A stretch of DNA of 64,000 nucleotides from an uncultured Thermoplasmatales archaeon (GCA_964514975.1 CAZESS010000001.1:62197-126196), one strand, 5' to 3'. Shown: positions 19,507 to 29,151, counted from the first letter of the stretch. The notes: generated by a model not told the origin, from the letters alone. Translations and numbers: made by a program.

Positions 19507-20552
19507 CGGCGGAGCAGGAACAGGCCAGAGCCGGCGTGCTGCACACCAGCCACGGCGACATTGCCACCCCGGTGTTTTTGCCCGTCGCGACCAAGGGAGC
19601 CATCAAGACGCTGACGCCGGAGGAGGCATGGAGGACGGGCAGCAGGATGCTCATCGTCAACTCGCTGCATCTCTACCGCCGGGGCATGTCGCGCATCCGG
19701 CGTGCCGGCGGCATACACGAGTTCATGCAGTGGAATGGTGCCGTCGTCAGCGACAGCGGAGGATTCCAGCTGATAAAACAGTTTCCCTGCGAGATAGACA
19801 CCGACGGCATCCGGTTCACCATGCCCGACGGCTCCAGCGACCTGTTCACCCCCGAAAAATCAGTAGCGGTGCAGGAGCAGCTCGGTGTCGACATCGCCCT
19901 CGCGCTCGACGACTGCCCGTCCCACCCGGCGGAGCAGGAGCGCGTCGCCCGGGCGGTCGACACCACCATCAGATGGGCAGAGCGATGCCAGGGCGATGGC
20001 CGCTTCGCCATCCTGCAGGGCGGTATCGATGCCGGACAGCGTGTGCGCTGCGCCCGCGCCATCGCCGGGATGGACTTCGACGGCTACGCCATCGGCGGCC
20101 TCTGCATCGGGGAGCCAAAGGACACGATGCACCGCATGGTCGCGGCGACCATCCCGCATCTGCCATCCGGGAAGCCCCGCCACCTTATGGGCGTCGGCTC
20201 ACCCGGGGACATCTGGCGCGCCGTCGCCGCCGGCGTCGACATCTTCGACAGCGCCTATCCGACGCGCAACGCCCGGCATGGCACCATTTTCATTCCAGGC
20301 GGCAAGGTCAACCTGGGGCGAGCGAAGACATCCGGCAGCGTGATAGACGACACATGCGACTGCTACGCCTGCCGGCATTTCAGCCTCGACTACCTCAACC
20401 ACCTGTTCCGGGAAAAAGACCCGCTTGGGCCGCGGCTGGCGACGGTCCACAACCTCACCCATGTCAACCGGGTCGTTGCGGCGGCGCGGGAGCGCATCCT
20501 GGCGGGAAAAACGCTAAAAACGAACACGGGCATACAGTTTGATGCTGTTTGA
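19494..20552 (+). CDS. tgt: Bacterial-type tRNA-guanine(34) transglycosylase
   Basis: TPVFLPVAT, SDSGGFQ, LDDCP, LQGG, GYAIGGL, HLMGVG, DIFDSAYPTRNARHG, Zn site CDCYAC...HN; about 350 aa, no archaeosine-TGT C-terminal PUA extension. Confidence 0.93.
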   Translation: MFEIAAEQEQARAGVLHTSHGDIATPVFLPVATKGAIKTLTPEEAWRTGSRMLIVNSLHLYRRGMSRIRRAGGIHEFMQWNGAVVSDSGGFQLIKQFPCEIDTDGIRFTMPDGSSDLFTPEKSVAVQEQLGVDIALALDDCPSHPAEQERVARAVDTTIRWAERCQGDGRFAILQGGIDAGQRVRCARAIAGMDFDGYAIGGLCIGEPKDTMHRMVAATIPHLPSGKPRHLMGVGSPGDIWRAVAAGVDIFDSAYPTRNARHGTIFIPGGKVNLGRAKTSGSVIDDTCDCYACRHFSLDYLNHLFREKDPLGPRLATVHNLTHVNRVVAAARERILAGKTLKTNTGIQFDAV

Positions 20553-21255
20553 AACCAATCACGGGGTCATCGTCGCCTGTGACGTCGACACCCATAACGC
20601 TTTTGAACATCTCGTCCAGCAGACCTGTCACCTCGAGGGTGTCGTCGGATACAAAATCGGTACCCTCCTGGGTCTGACCTATGGCCTCAGGCCGCTCACC
20701 GAGATGGTGGCGGAGCACTGCAATCTGCCCGTCATCTACGATCATCAAAAAGCGGCGACGGACATCCCGCAGATGGGCGAGCCCTTTGCCCGGGTCTGCA
20801 AAAACGGTGGCGTCGACAGCGTCATCCTGTTCCCCCAGGCGGGCCCTGAAACCGAAAAAGCGTTCATCCGGGCCGTCATCGAGCATGACATGGTGCCGAT
20901 GGTCGGCGGCGAGATGACCCATCCCGGTTATCTCACGGAGGAGCAGGGATACATCCGGAGCGACGCGCCACCCGACATGTACCGCCTTGCCGCCCGGCAT
21001 GATGTATCCTATTTCATCGTCCCCGGCAACCGGCCGGCGGCGCTACAGCGCTACCATGACCTGCTCACCGGCATTATGGACATGCCGGCGTTCTGCATGC
21101 CCGGCATCGGCCGGCAGGGGGGCTCCATCCGCAGCGCCTTCGAGCAGCTTGGCAGCACGGCGAAATATGCCATTGTGGGCTCCGCCATCTACACGAGCGA
21201 TGACCCCGAGGCAGCGGCACGTGAGCTGGCCCGGGAAGCCCTGGAGTTCGAGTGA
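20539..21255 (+). CDS. pyrF: Orotidine 5'-phosphate decarboxylase
   Basis: IVACD, GYKIG, YDHQKAATDIP, PGIGRQGG, IVGSAIY; followed by pyrE. Confidence 0.88.
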   Translation: MMLFETNHGVIVACDVDTHNAFEHLVQQTCHLEGVVGYKIGTLLGLTYGLRPLTEMVAEHCNLPVIYDHQKAATDIPQMGEPFARVCKNGGVDSVILFPQAGPETEKAFIRAVIEHDMVPMVGGEMTHPGYLTEEQGYIRSDAPPDMYRLAARHDVSYFIVPGNRPAALQRYHDLLTGIMDMPAFCMPGIGRQGGSIRSAFEQLGSTAKYAIVGSAIYTSDDPEAAARELAREALEFE

Positions 21256-21259
21256 TATC

Positions 21260-21976
21260 ATGGAAGCCAAAGACATCATGGAGGAACTGTACCGGCACGG
21301 CCTCGTCAAAACATGGCACCGTGACCGGCCCGAGGGATGGACACTGGTGTCCGGTCTCTGGAGCCCTTTTTACATCAACCTCAGGGCGCTCCCCGGTCAT
21401 CCCCGGCTGTTCATGGCGGTCGGCGAACGCCTGGGCGAGATGATACTGGAGCGCTGCGATCTCGACAGCGTCATGGGCATCGCCATGGCCGGTATCCCGC
21501 TTGCATCGGCGGTTGCGGTGCAGCACGGCGTCCCCATGCTCTACACCCGGAAGCTCAGGGGCGTGAAATCGCTGGAGGCGCTCCGCGAGGCCGCACAGCA
21601 GTACGGGCAGCATTCCCTGGTCGAGGGAGCCATGCATGACGGCGACCGGGTGGTCGCGCTCGATGATTTGGTCACGCGGTTTGACAGCAAGCTCGTCGCC
21701 GTCGAGCAGCTCGCGATGGAGGCAGACCGCCGCGGGGTGGATATATCCTGCTGCGACGTCGCGGTGCTCATCGACCGGGAGCAAGGCGCCGGCGACATCG
21801 CCGCCCGGCACGGCATCAGGCTGCACGCGTTGATACCATTCCAGAGCCATGGCATCGACTGGCTCCACGATGTCTTCACCGACGTGGAATACGAGGTCAT
21901 CAGCGACTACCTGCACGACAGCGACAAATACCAGGACGAGCAACGCCGCCGTGACATCATCGACTCCTTCAAATAA
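21260..21976 (+). CDS. pyrE: Orotate phosphoribosyltransferase
   Basis: WTLVSGLWSPFYINLR, GIAMAGIPLA, PRPP loop VVALDDLVT, VLIDREQG. Confidence 0.88.
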   Translation: MEAKDIMEELYRHGLVKTWHRDRPEGWTLVSGLWSPFYINLRALPGHPRLFMAVGERLGEMILERCDLDSVMGIAMAGIPLASAVAVQHGVPMLYTRKLRGVKSLEALREAAQQYGQHSLVEGAMHDGDRVVALDDLVTRFDSKLVAVEQLAMEADRRGVDISCCDVAVLIDREQGAGDIAARHGIRLHALIPFQSHGIDWLHDVFTDVEYEVISDYLHDSDKYQDEQRRRDIIDSFK

Positions 21977-23012
21977 TGCGCCGGCGGAAGCCGCGCATGG
22001 TCCACCATCGCACGAGCTTTTCGAGCAGCCCGGGCAGCCGTCCGTCCATGCTCCAGTGGTGCCATGACAGGATACCATGGCGGCTGCCCAGGCTGATGAT
22101 CAGGGGGATGGGCCGCGGCCGATACACGGCCATCGACGCGTCATCATTTTTGGTGACGTTTTTCACGATAATCCGGGCGTGGCGCTCGGCGTTCTGCGCC
22201 GTTTTTTCCTCTTTGATGGCGGTGACGTCGCCGCCGGCGTAGATGTGCGGATGGCCGGGCAGCTGCAAAAACCGGTTCACCTGTACGGCGTTGCGTTCGT
22301 CGAGCACGTCGCCCAGCCCATCAAGAAAAAAGGGGTTGTGGCGGATGCCCGTGCACCAGACCACGACGTCCGCCGCTATCTCCCGCCCCATGTCGGTAAC
22401 ATACATGCCGGCATGGCGGTCGACCACCTTTTCCTCCATTACCAGCCGGATGCCATGTCGCTCCAGGAACTGGCCGGCATGTTGCGAGGCCGACGGCGGG
22501 TTTCGCTCGAGCAGCCGGCGGTGCGCATGCACCAGGGTTATATGAAGGCGAGGGAGTTTCTCCACGAGCTCGGCGGCCAGCTCCACGCCGATCAGCCCGC
22601 CACCCACAATCAGCACCCGGTCGGCGTCACGGAGCGCCGCGGCGAGCGCCATCGCCTCCCCTGTGGAGGTGAGCGTAAACATATCGGTGGTGTCGTCGAG
22701 CAGCACGGGATATTCGACGCCGGATGCGACGATCGCCCGGTCAAACCGTATCTGCACGCTGTCGGTTTCGATCACGTGTGGGGTCATCCGGACGACGTCG
22801 CCGGTAATGATATCCGCATGCGGCAAAAAATCCCGGTAGGGAACCGATAACATGCGACTGCGGCCCGGCTCGCAGACCAGCCGGTGGACACCCGGCGTGT
22901 ACTCAAAAAACGGTGTCCGGTCAACCAATATGACCTGCACCCCGGGGCGCTGCTGCAGCTTTCTGGCGACCAGCGCACCGCAGAAGCCTCCCCCGACGAT
23001 GGCGACATCCAT
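21969..23012 (-). CDS. FAD/NAD(P)-dependent oxidoreductase (NDH-2/AIF-like)
   Basis: VAIVGGGFCG, IVGGGLIGVELAAE, IYAGGDV; start trimmed to MDVAIV. Confidence 0.85.
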   Translation of the reverse strand: MDVAIVGGGFCGALVARKLQQRPGVQVILVDRTPFFEYTPGVHRLVCEPGRSRMLSVPYRDFLPHADIITGDVVRMTPHVIETDSVQIRFDRAIVASGVEYPVLLDDTTDMFTLTSTGEAMALAAALRDADRVLIVGGGLIGVELAAELVEKLPRLHITLVHAHRRLLERNPPSASQHAGQFLERHGIRLVMEEKVVDRHAGMYVTDMGREIAADVVVWCTGIRHNPFFLDGLGDVLDERNAVQVNRFLQLPGHPHIYAGGDVTAIKEEKTAQNAERHARIIVKNVTKNDDASMAVYRPRPIPLIISLGSRHGILSWHHWSMDGRLPGLLEKLVRWWTMRGFRRRII

Positions 23013-23014
23013 GG

Positions 23015-24388
23015 TCAGCCATGCCGGTAGCAGTTCAGTGTTTTCACGTTCACGAACTCGTGCAGCCCGTGCCGGGCGAGCTCCCGGCCGATGCCGCTCT
23101 GCTTTATGCCGCCGAAGGGCAGCCGGGGGTCGGACTTGGTGATATGGTTGACAAACATGCAGCCTGCCTCTATCCGCCGGGCGATGGCCATGCCCCGCGC
23201 TGTATCGCGCGTCCACACGCTGCCACCCAGCCCGAACCGGGTTTTGTTGGCCAATGCTACCGCCTCCGCATCGTCGGCTACGGTGAACACCGGCGCAACG
23301 GGCCCGAACACCTCGTTCCTGGCGACGCGCATGTCACAGGTGACATCGGCGAGCACCGTCGGCTGAAAGAAAAAGCCGGGCCTGTCCAGCCCGTGGCCCC
23401 CGGTCACAAGGTGTGCCCCGCCATCCAGGGCATCCTCGACGAAGGTCTCCATCTGCGCCACGGCTGTCTCGGATGCCAGCGGACCCGCCTCGGTCGCCAT
23501 GTCCAATGGGTCGCCCACCCTGAGATGCTCCATCTTATCAGCGAGCATTTCGATGAACATCTCGGCTACATCTGCATGGACGATAAACCGCTTCGCGGCG
23601 ATACAGCTCTGCCCCGTGTTTATCATCCGCCCACGGACCGCCTGCGCTGCAACAGCGTCCATGTCGACGTCGTCCAGAACGATGAACGGGTCGCTGCCAC
23701 CCAGCTCCAGCACCATTTTTTTGAGATGCCGTCCCGCGGTCGCGGCCACCGCCCGGCCTGCATCGACGCTCCCGGTCAGCGAGACACCCCGCACGACGTC
23801 GGCGGCAACCAGCCGCTCGATCAGGTCATGTCCGGCTATAACGGTCCGGAAGACATCCACGGGAAACCCGGCCTCCCGCAATGCTGCCTCGATGGCGAGC
23901 GCGCTCCCCGTGCAGATGCTGGCATGCTTGAGCAGCACCGTGTTGCCCGCCAGGAGCGCTGGAATGGCGCAGCGGAGCGCCTGCCAGAACGGAAAGTTCC
24001 AGGGCATGACGGCCAGGATGACACCCAATGGCTGAAACACGATGCGGTGCTCGAGGCCGTCCGCCTCGACATGTTCGTCGGCCAGCCATGCGGGGGCATT
24101 GTCCGCATATACCTCGGCCATCCATGCACATTTCTCTATCTCGGCCACCGACTCCCGCAGGGGCTTGCCCATTTCCCGGGTCATCAGCTCCGCATATTCC
24201 TGCCTGTGTTCGCGGAGCACCGCTGCCAGGCGTTGCACATATGGCACTCGCTCCTCGACGCTCAGCCTGCGCCATTCCCCGAAGGCCAGGTGCGCCCGAT
24301 CCGCGATGTCGAACAGCTCGTCCTCGGCCATCGTCTCGTAGGTGGCGATGGGCTGCCCTGTCGCCGGGTTCACGGTTTCAACCATCAT
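23015..24388 (-). CDS. NAD(P)-dependent succinate-semialdehyde dehydrogenase family
   Basis: MPWNFPFWQ, LTGS, LELGGSD, NTGQSCIAAKR, EVFGP, PFGGIKQSGIGRE. Confidence 0.92.
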   Translation of the reverse strand: MMVETVNPATGQPIATYETMAEDELFDIADRAHLAFGEWRRLSVEERVPYVQRLAAVLREHRQEYAELMTREMGKPLRESVAEIEKCAWMAEVYADNAPAWLADEHVEADGLEHRIVFQPLGVILAVMPWNFPFWQALRCAIPALLAGNTVLLKHASICTGSALAIEAALREAGFPVDVFRTVIAGHDLIERLVAADVVRGVSLTGSVDAGRAVAATAGRHLKKMVLELGGSDPFIVLDDVDMDAVAAQAVRGRMINTGQSCIAAKRFIVHADVAEMFIEMLADKMEHLRVGDPLDMATEAGPLASETAVAQMETFVEDALDGGAHLVTGGHGLDRPGFFFQPTVLADVTCDMRVARNEVFGPVAPVFTVADDAEAVALANKTRFGLGGSVWTRDTARGMAIARRIEAGCMFVNHITKSDPRLPFGGIKQSGIGRELARHGLHEFVNVKTLNCYRHG

Positions 24389-24497
24389 TGTATGCTCCCA
24401 TAGGGCATATCAGGCAGCCATCATTTAATGGTTTGTTCTCCCCATGTCCCCGGGCGGTGAACCTATATACGCCCGGCAGATTTAAACAGGAGACAGC

Positions 24498-24824
24498 ATG
24501 GCACATGTGCAGTCCGGCTCGCACACCACGGGATGGACGGAGCGACACGTCTACCGGGCGAGAACCACCGACTCATCGTTTTCAACGGGAGATGGACGGT
24601 GCGACATATGCGGAGAAAGCCACCGCAATCCCTACGAGGGCAGCCCGCACTATGTCACAATGAGGGTGCCCGTCCGCGTCGCCAAAAACTGGGCATCCCA
24701 TCACGGCATCGTGGTGCACATGGAACAGCGGATGGCATACGTCCACAAAAAAGGCCGGAGGCCGGACCATGTCCAGCTCGTTCCCTACACCGAATGGGAA
24801 ACGGTCAGGACGATAGGGCCGTAA
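24498..24824 (+). CDS. Small hypothetical protein with CxxC motif
   Basis: AGGAG RBS and TATA-like boxes upstream; CDICGESH; fills the intergenic gap. Confidence 0.55.
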   Translation: MAHVQSGSHTTGWTERHVYRARTTDSSFSTGDGRCDICGESHRNPYEGSPHYVTMRVPVRVAKNWASHHGIVVHMEQRMAYVHKKGRRPDHVQLVPYTEWETVRTIGP

Positions 24825-24894
24825 AGATGATACATCTCACCATGTCTGCATCCCGGCCAATACTTTTTAATATTTTAGGGCATTTTGATGGCCA

Positions 24895-25401
24895 ATGACA
24901 TCGATAGAAACCGTTTTCCCGTTGCTCGGAGACATTAAAGATGAGGAACTGCGCGGCAAGGTCGTCGAATGCTGGACGCTGGCGATGGAACGTGGCGGCT
25001 GGGACAGCCTGGACGGCATCCCGTTCACGCTGCTTTTGCCGGATGCGGGCGAGTTCACCGGCCATGTCAACCGCGTCACCGCGATGGCCGCCGCCGTCGG
25101 CAGGGAGCGCGACGACCTGGACATGGACGTGCTGATTGCCGGAGCGCTGCTGCACGACGTCGGCAAGCTCCTGGAATACGAGCGCGCTGACGGCCAGGTA
25201 CAAAAATCGGCTATGGGACACATCATCCGTCATCCGGTGAGCGGCGCCGCGCTCGCCGCCCTTGTCGGCCTGCCCGACAACATCGTGAGCATCATCGCCG
25301 CGCATTCCAAGGAGGGCGAGTATGTGGAGCGGATCCCCGAGGCCGTCGTCGTCCACCACTGCGACTTCATCGACTTCCACATCGCGAAGGGGAAACGATG
25401 A
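24895..25401 (+). CDS. HD-domain (HDIG) metal-dependent phosphohydrolase
   Basis: GHVNRV, ALLHDVGK, RHPVSG, IAAH, VHHCD. Confidence 0.88.
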   Translation: MTSIETVFPLLGDIKDEELRGKVVECWTLAMERGGWDSLDGIPFTLLLPDAGEFTGHVNRVTAMAAAVGRERDDLDMDVLIAGALLHDVGKLLEYERADGQVQKSAMGHIIRHPVSGAALAALVGLPDNIVSIIAAHSKEGEYVERIPEAVVVHHCDFIDFHIAKGKR

Positions 25402-26513
25402 TACGTGGCCAGGGCGCGGCGGGCACGGACAACAAGCGCGACTGCCATGTGAGCGTGCAGGAGGGCTCCTCCATAGAGATTGAGAGCAAGTATGCCGGCA
25501 TGTTCGGCGATCACATCAAATCGCTGGTGCAGCGCCGTCTCGACGAGCTGGATACCGATGCCGCCGTTACTGTTCAGGAGCGGGGCTGCTATGACTACGT
25601 CGTCCTGGCGCGGCTTGAGGCCGCCCTGCATCGTGCGGGCATGGAGCAGCTGTCCGACGGGATGGCGGAGCGTTCGCCGCCGCAGCGACAGTTGCGGCGG
25701 AGCCGGATGTATGTGCCGGGGAACAACCCCAGGATGCTGAACAAGGCGGGCATGTACGGCGCCGACTGCCTCATCCTCGACCTCGAGGATTCCGTGGCGG
25801 TGGACCAAAAGCTCGACGCCCGCTATCTGGTCAAAAATGCATTGCAGTATCTCGATTTCGGCGGGGCTGAGCTCTGGGTGCGCATCAACAAGGCGAAGGC
25901 GAAGGAGGACATCTCGGTCGTCAAATACGGCAGTCCGCATGGCATCTGTCTGCCGAAGGCGGAGATCCCGGAGGACGTGGTTATCCTGGAGAACATGCTC
26001 GAGGAGGAGGGCCTCGATGCTGCTATCATGCCCATCGTGGAGACCGCCCGGGGTATCCGGAACGTTGACGCCATCGCCGGGGCGAGCGACGCCGTCGTGG
26101 CGCTTGCCTTCGGCGCCGAGGATTTCACGGCTGACGTGTGCGGCCGTCGTTCGCGTGAGGCGTTGCTGTATCCGCGCAGCCGGCTTGTCGTGGCCGCCCG
26201 TTCCCATGACGTGCAGCCGCTTGACACCGTGTATGCCGATGTCGCCGACATAGGGGACCTGCGGGAGGAAACCATGCACGTCATCGAGCTGGGGTTCGAC
26301 GGGAAGGGCGCCATCCATCCCAAGCAGGTGCCGGTCATCCATGACTGTTTTACCCCTGGCGATGCGGAGGTGGAGGAGGCCAGAGAGGTCATCGCCGCTG
26401 TCGAGGCAGCCCGCGAGAAAGGGCTGGGCAGCGCATCGCTGCATGGCAAGATGATCGATTTGCCGGTGGAGAAACGAGCCCGTCGCATCCTCCGGCGGGC
26501 GGACATGAGCTAG
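25398..26513 (+). CDS. Fusion of citrate-lyase ACP-like (CitD) domain and CitE/citryl-CoA lyase-family domain
   Basis: N-terminal AGT...D, IES..MFG..I, RGCYDYVVLARLEAAL.RA; then RRSRMYVPGNNP, LDLEDSV, VRIN, IVETARG, FGAEDF, GKGAIHPKQV, GKMIDLP. Confidence 0.85.
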   Translation: MIRGQGAAGTDNKRDCHVSVQEGSSIEIESKYAGMFGDHIKSLVQRRLDELDTDAAVTVQERGCYDYVVLARLEAALHRAGMEQLSDGMAERSPPQRQLRRSRMYVPGNNPRMLNKAGMYGADCLILDLEDSVAVDQKLDARYLVKNALQYLDFGGAELWVRINKAKAKEDISVVKYGSPHGICLPKAEIPEDVVILENMLEEEGLDAAIMPIVETARGIRNVDAIAGASDAVVALAFGAEDFTADVCGRRSREALLYPRSRLVVAARSHDVQPLDTVYADVADIGDLREETMHVIELGFDGKGAIHPKQVPVIHDCFTPGDAEVEEAREVIAAVEAAREKGLGSASLHGKMIDLPVEKRARRILRRADMS

Positions 26514-26518
26514 CTCTC

Positions 26519-27172
26519 ATGCGTCTCACCATTTTGTATGACAACACGGTGTATCGTGCCAGTAGAGGTCTGATGGCCCGGTGGGGGTTTTCCTGCCTGG
26601 TGGAAACTGGAAAGCGGCGTATTCTCTTTGACACGGGTGGCGACGGCCAGGTGTTGCTGTCCAACATGGCCGCGCTGGATGTGCATCCGGAGACCATCGA
26701 TACCATCGTTATCTCGCATGAGCACTGGGACCATGCTGGCGGGCTCCCATCGCTGCTTGAGCGAAATCCGGATGTCCGGGTCTATCGGCTGAAAAAGCCG
26801 TCGTCGCCCGCGGCAGAAACCATCCCGGTGGATGAGCCCCGTTCCATAGCCGACGGCGTGTTCAGCACCGGCCGGCTGCCCGGCTCGCCGGTCGACGAGC
26901 AGTCGCTGGTTATTCGCTGCGGGAAACGATGGTGTGTGCTGGCTGGCTGCTCGCATCCCGGTGTCGCCGCCATTCTTGATGCAGCGGGAAGGCATGGCCA
27001 TGTTGATGGTGTCATTGGTGGACTGCACGGCTTTGACAGCTACGGGCTGCTCGACGGCATGATGCTGGTCTGTCCGACGCACTGCACGCGGCATGTCGAC
27101 GAGATACGGCGGCGCTATCCCGACCGCTATATTAAGGGCGGTGTCGGCCGGGTCATCCATCTGGAGCGGTGA
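26519..27172 (+). CDS. Metallo-beta-lactamase fold hydrolase
   Basis: TILYDN, WGFSCLVE, ILFDTG, SHEHWDHAGG, GCSHPG, GGLH, PTHCT. Confidence 0.88.
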   Translation: MRLTILYDNTVYRASRGLMARWGFSCLVETGKRRILFDTGGDGQVLLSNMAALDVHPETIDTIVISHEHWDHAGGLPSLLERNPDVRVYRLKKPSSPAAETIPVDEPRSIADGVFSTGRLPGSPVDEQSLVIRCGKRWCVLAGCSHPGVAAILDAAGRHGHVDGVIGGLHGFDSYGLLDGMMLVCPTHCTRHVDEIRRRYPDRYIKGGVGRVIHLER

Positions 27173-27208
27173 GCCAACGTTTAAATAGGCTACCGACGAT
27201 ATGTCATT

Positions 27209-27973
27209 ATGATTATCCCGCTTCCCGTGCTGGCGCTGCTGGTTCTCATCGTTATTATCATCCTGGCTGCGGCAATCAAGATCGTCAGGGAATACGAGCG
27301 CGGCGTGATTTTCCGTCTCGGTCGATTGCTTGGTGCCAAGGGGCCCGGCGTGTTTTTCATCATCCCGATTTTTGACAACATGATCAAGGTCGACCTCCGG
27401 GAGCACGTGCTCGACGTGCCGGCGCAGGAGGCCATCACCTCGGACAACGTCCCGGTTCGGGTGAACGCCGTCGTCTACTTCCGGGTGATGAATCCCGAGG
27501 ACGCGGTCGTGCGCATCCAGAACTACATGCAGGGCACCCAGCAGATGGCGCAGACCACGCTCCGGAGCATCATCGGGCAGGCGGAGCTCGACGCGATACT
27601 CAAGGAGCGCGACCGGATAAACCAGCGCCTGCAGAGCATCCTTGATGAGGCAACCGACGAATGGGGTGTCAAGGTTACCGCCGTCGAGATAAAAGACGTC
27701 GAGATACCGGAGTCGATGCAGCGTGCCATGGCGAAGGCGGCGGAGTCGGAGCGCGCTCGTCGTGCTCGCATCATCGCCGCTGAGGGCGAGCTCCAGGCGT
27801 CGGAAAAGCTGGCTGAAGCGGCACGGGTGATATCGCAGGAGGAGGGCGGCTTACAGCTGCGCTTCCTGCAGACTGCCTCCGACATGGCGGAGGAAAAAAA
27901 CACGACGACCATCGTGCTTCCCATCCCGGTCGAGCTCCTTCGGTTTTTTGAGAGTAAAAGCAAGGAGAAGTGA
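27209..27973 (+). CDS. SPFH/stomatin (slipin) family protein
   Basis: N-terminal TM, EYERGVIFRLGR, ITSDNV, AQTTLRSIIG, WGVKVTAVEIKDV. Confidence 0.93.
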   Translation: MIIPLPVLALLVLIVIIILAAAIKIVREYERGVIFRLGRLLGAKGPGVFFIIPIFDNMIKVDLREHVLDVPAQEAITSDNVPVRVNAVVYFRVMNPEDAVVRIQNYMQGTQQMAQTTLRSIIGQAELDAILKERDRINQRLQSILDEATDEWGVKVTAVEIKDVEIPESMQRAMAKAAESERARRARIIAAEGELQASEKLAEAARVISQEEGGLQLRFLQTASDMAEEKNTTTIVLPIPVELLRFFESKSKEK

Positions 27974-28001
27974 TGTCTGTACGGCCGATAGCGCCCCTGT
28001 G

Positions 28002-28673
28002 TTATGGCAGCAGCAGCGCGAACGATGCAACGGCCAGGAGGGCGCAGGTTCCCATGGCGGCATAGTGGCCGACCCGGCTGCACGAGCGCTCCGTCGTCCT
28101 TTTTTTCTCTGCTGTTGTATACCACAGCAGCGGTATCGACAGGGCAGCTACGGTCGTCATGGTGGACAGCAGATGCCACAGCGTGAACGGCAGCGCCATG
28201 GTGTAGCAGGTTGCCAGGCCTGCAGTGCTATGAGGATACCATCCGAGCCAGCAGCCCAGGTTTGTCCAGGCGTCGTAGAGCAGCACGCTCCCTATGCCCA
28301 TGCCGGCGATGCCCAGCGGTGAACGTGTCAGGCCGTGCCGTTTGCCCGTTGCGCCGAGCAGCCCGATGAACGCGAAGCCCGTCCAGGTGAACAGGAAGAT
28401 AGCGGTGTTGCCATGGTAGAGGTCGGTGATGGCCATGACTGCCAGGGGCACGACGAGGCTGTACAGGCCGCCGAGCAGGATGCCGCTGAACAGTGCCACG
28501 GCTCCGACGACGAAGAACAGGTCGAGCATGAACATGGGCTGGGTGATGCCGTTGAGCGTCATCGTGGCGTGTGGTGCGTGCGGCAGGAGCTGGCCGAGCA
28601 TGATGCGCCCGATGACGCCGGCTGCGATGAGCAGGCCGGCGGCCAGCAGCTGTTTTCTGGTGTCCTGGATCAT
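28002..28673 (-). CDS. Membrane transporter, ECF S-component-like (BtuM-like)
   Basis: About 7 TM helices; AVALFSG, PLAVMAITD, LLYDAWTN.G.W, GL..CY..ALPF pattern. Confidence 0.65.
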   Translation of the reverse strand: MIQDTRKQLLAAGLLIAAGVIGRIMLGQLLPHAPHATMTLNGITQPMFMLDLFFVVGAVALFSGILLGGLYSLVVPLAVMAITDLYHGNTAIFLFTWTGFAFIGLLGATGKRHGLTRSPLGIAGMGIGSVLLYDAWTNLGCWLGWYPHSTAGLATCYTMALPFTLWHLLSTMTTVAALSIPLLWYTTAEKKRTTERSCSRVGHYAAMGTCALLAVASFALLLP

Positions 28674-28713
28674 GTGGTTCCTCCGTGGTTAAAGCTCATG
28701 AGCATATTAAAGG

Positions 28714-29151
28714 TTAACTGTACCCGGTGAACTTCCATGCAACGACATCGTGGTTATGTACGGACTGTTTGTCGGCGCCAACGGTGGCATAGCTGTCGTT
28801 AATCCAGTATTGCCAGTATTTGTTGTCCTGGCCGTTTTCCACGCCGTTGATGGCCGTTATCAGATTGCTGTCGTACTGGGGATAAAATGTGCTTGATATG
28901 GAGAAGTTGCCTGCCTCGCCTGCTTTAAACAGAAGCCTGTATACGGTGGCGTTCGAGGTGCTGATGGAGAGGTTGTCATAGGTCCATGTGGTCTCGTTGC
29001 TGAATGTGATAGTAACCGAGGCGTTTATCATCGTGGTTGTCTCTCCATCTGAGTCTGCTGTTCCATCCTCCATGGCGTAGATGCCGACGATGATGCCCAC
29101 TGTCGCGATAAGAATCATGGCTGCTATCAACACGCTTTTTCTCATATTCAT
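28714..29151 (-). CDS. Membrane-anchored transcobalamin-C-terminal-like (DUF4430) protein
   Basis: N-terminal TM; TVY.LL, LITAINGVEN...YWQYWIN...VGAD....D.V.W.F. Confidence 0.8.
   Translation of the reverse strand: MNMRKSVLIAAMILIATVGIIVGIYAMEDGTADSDGETTTMINASVTITFSNETTWTYDNLSISTSNATVYRLLFKAGEAGNFSISSTFYPQYDSNLITAINGVENGQDNKYWQYWINDSYATVGADKQSVHNHDVVAWKFTGYS

Noticed and set aside
23021-24403. Long antisense ORFs (460 aa here; also 30194-32284, 18052-19443, 37107-38504)
   Set aside because: Shadow frames of well-supported genes in GC-rich DNA with no recognisable motifs.
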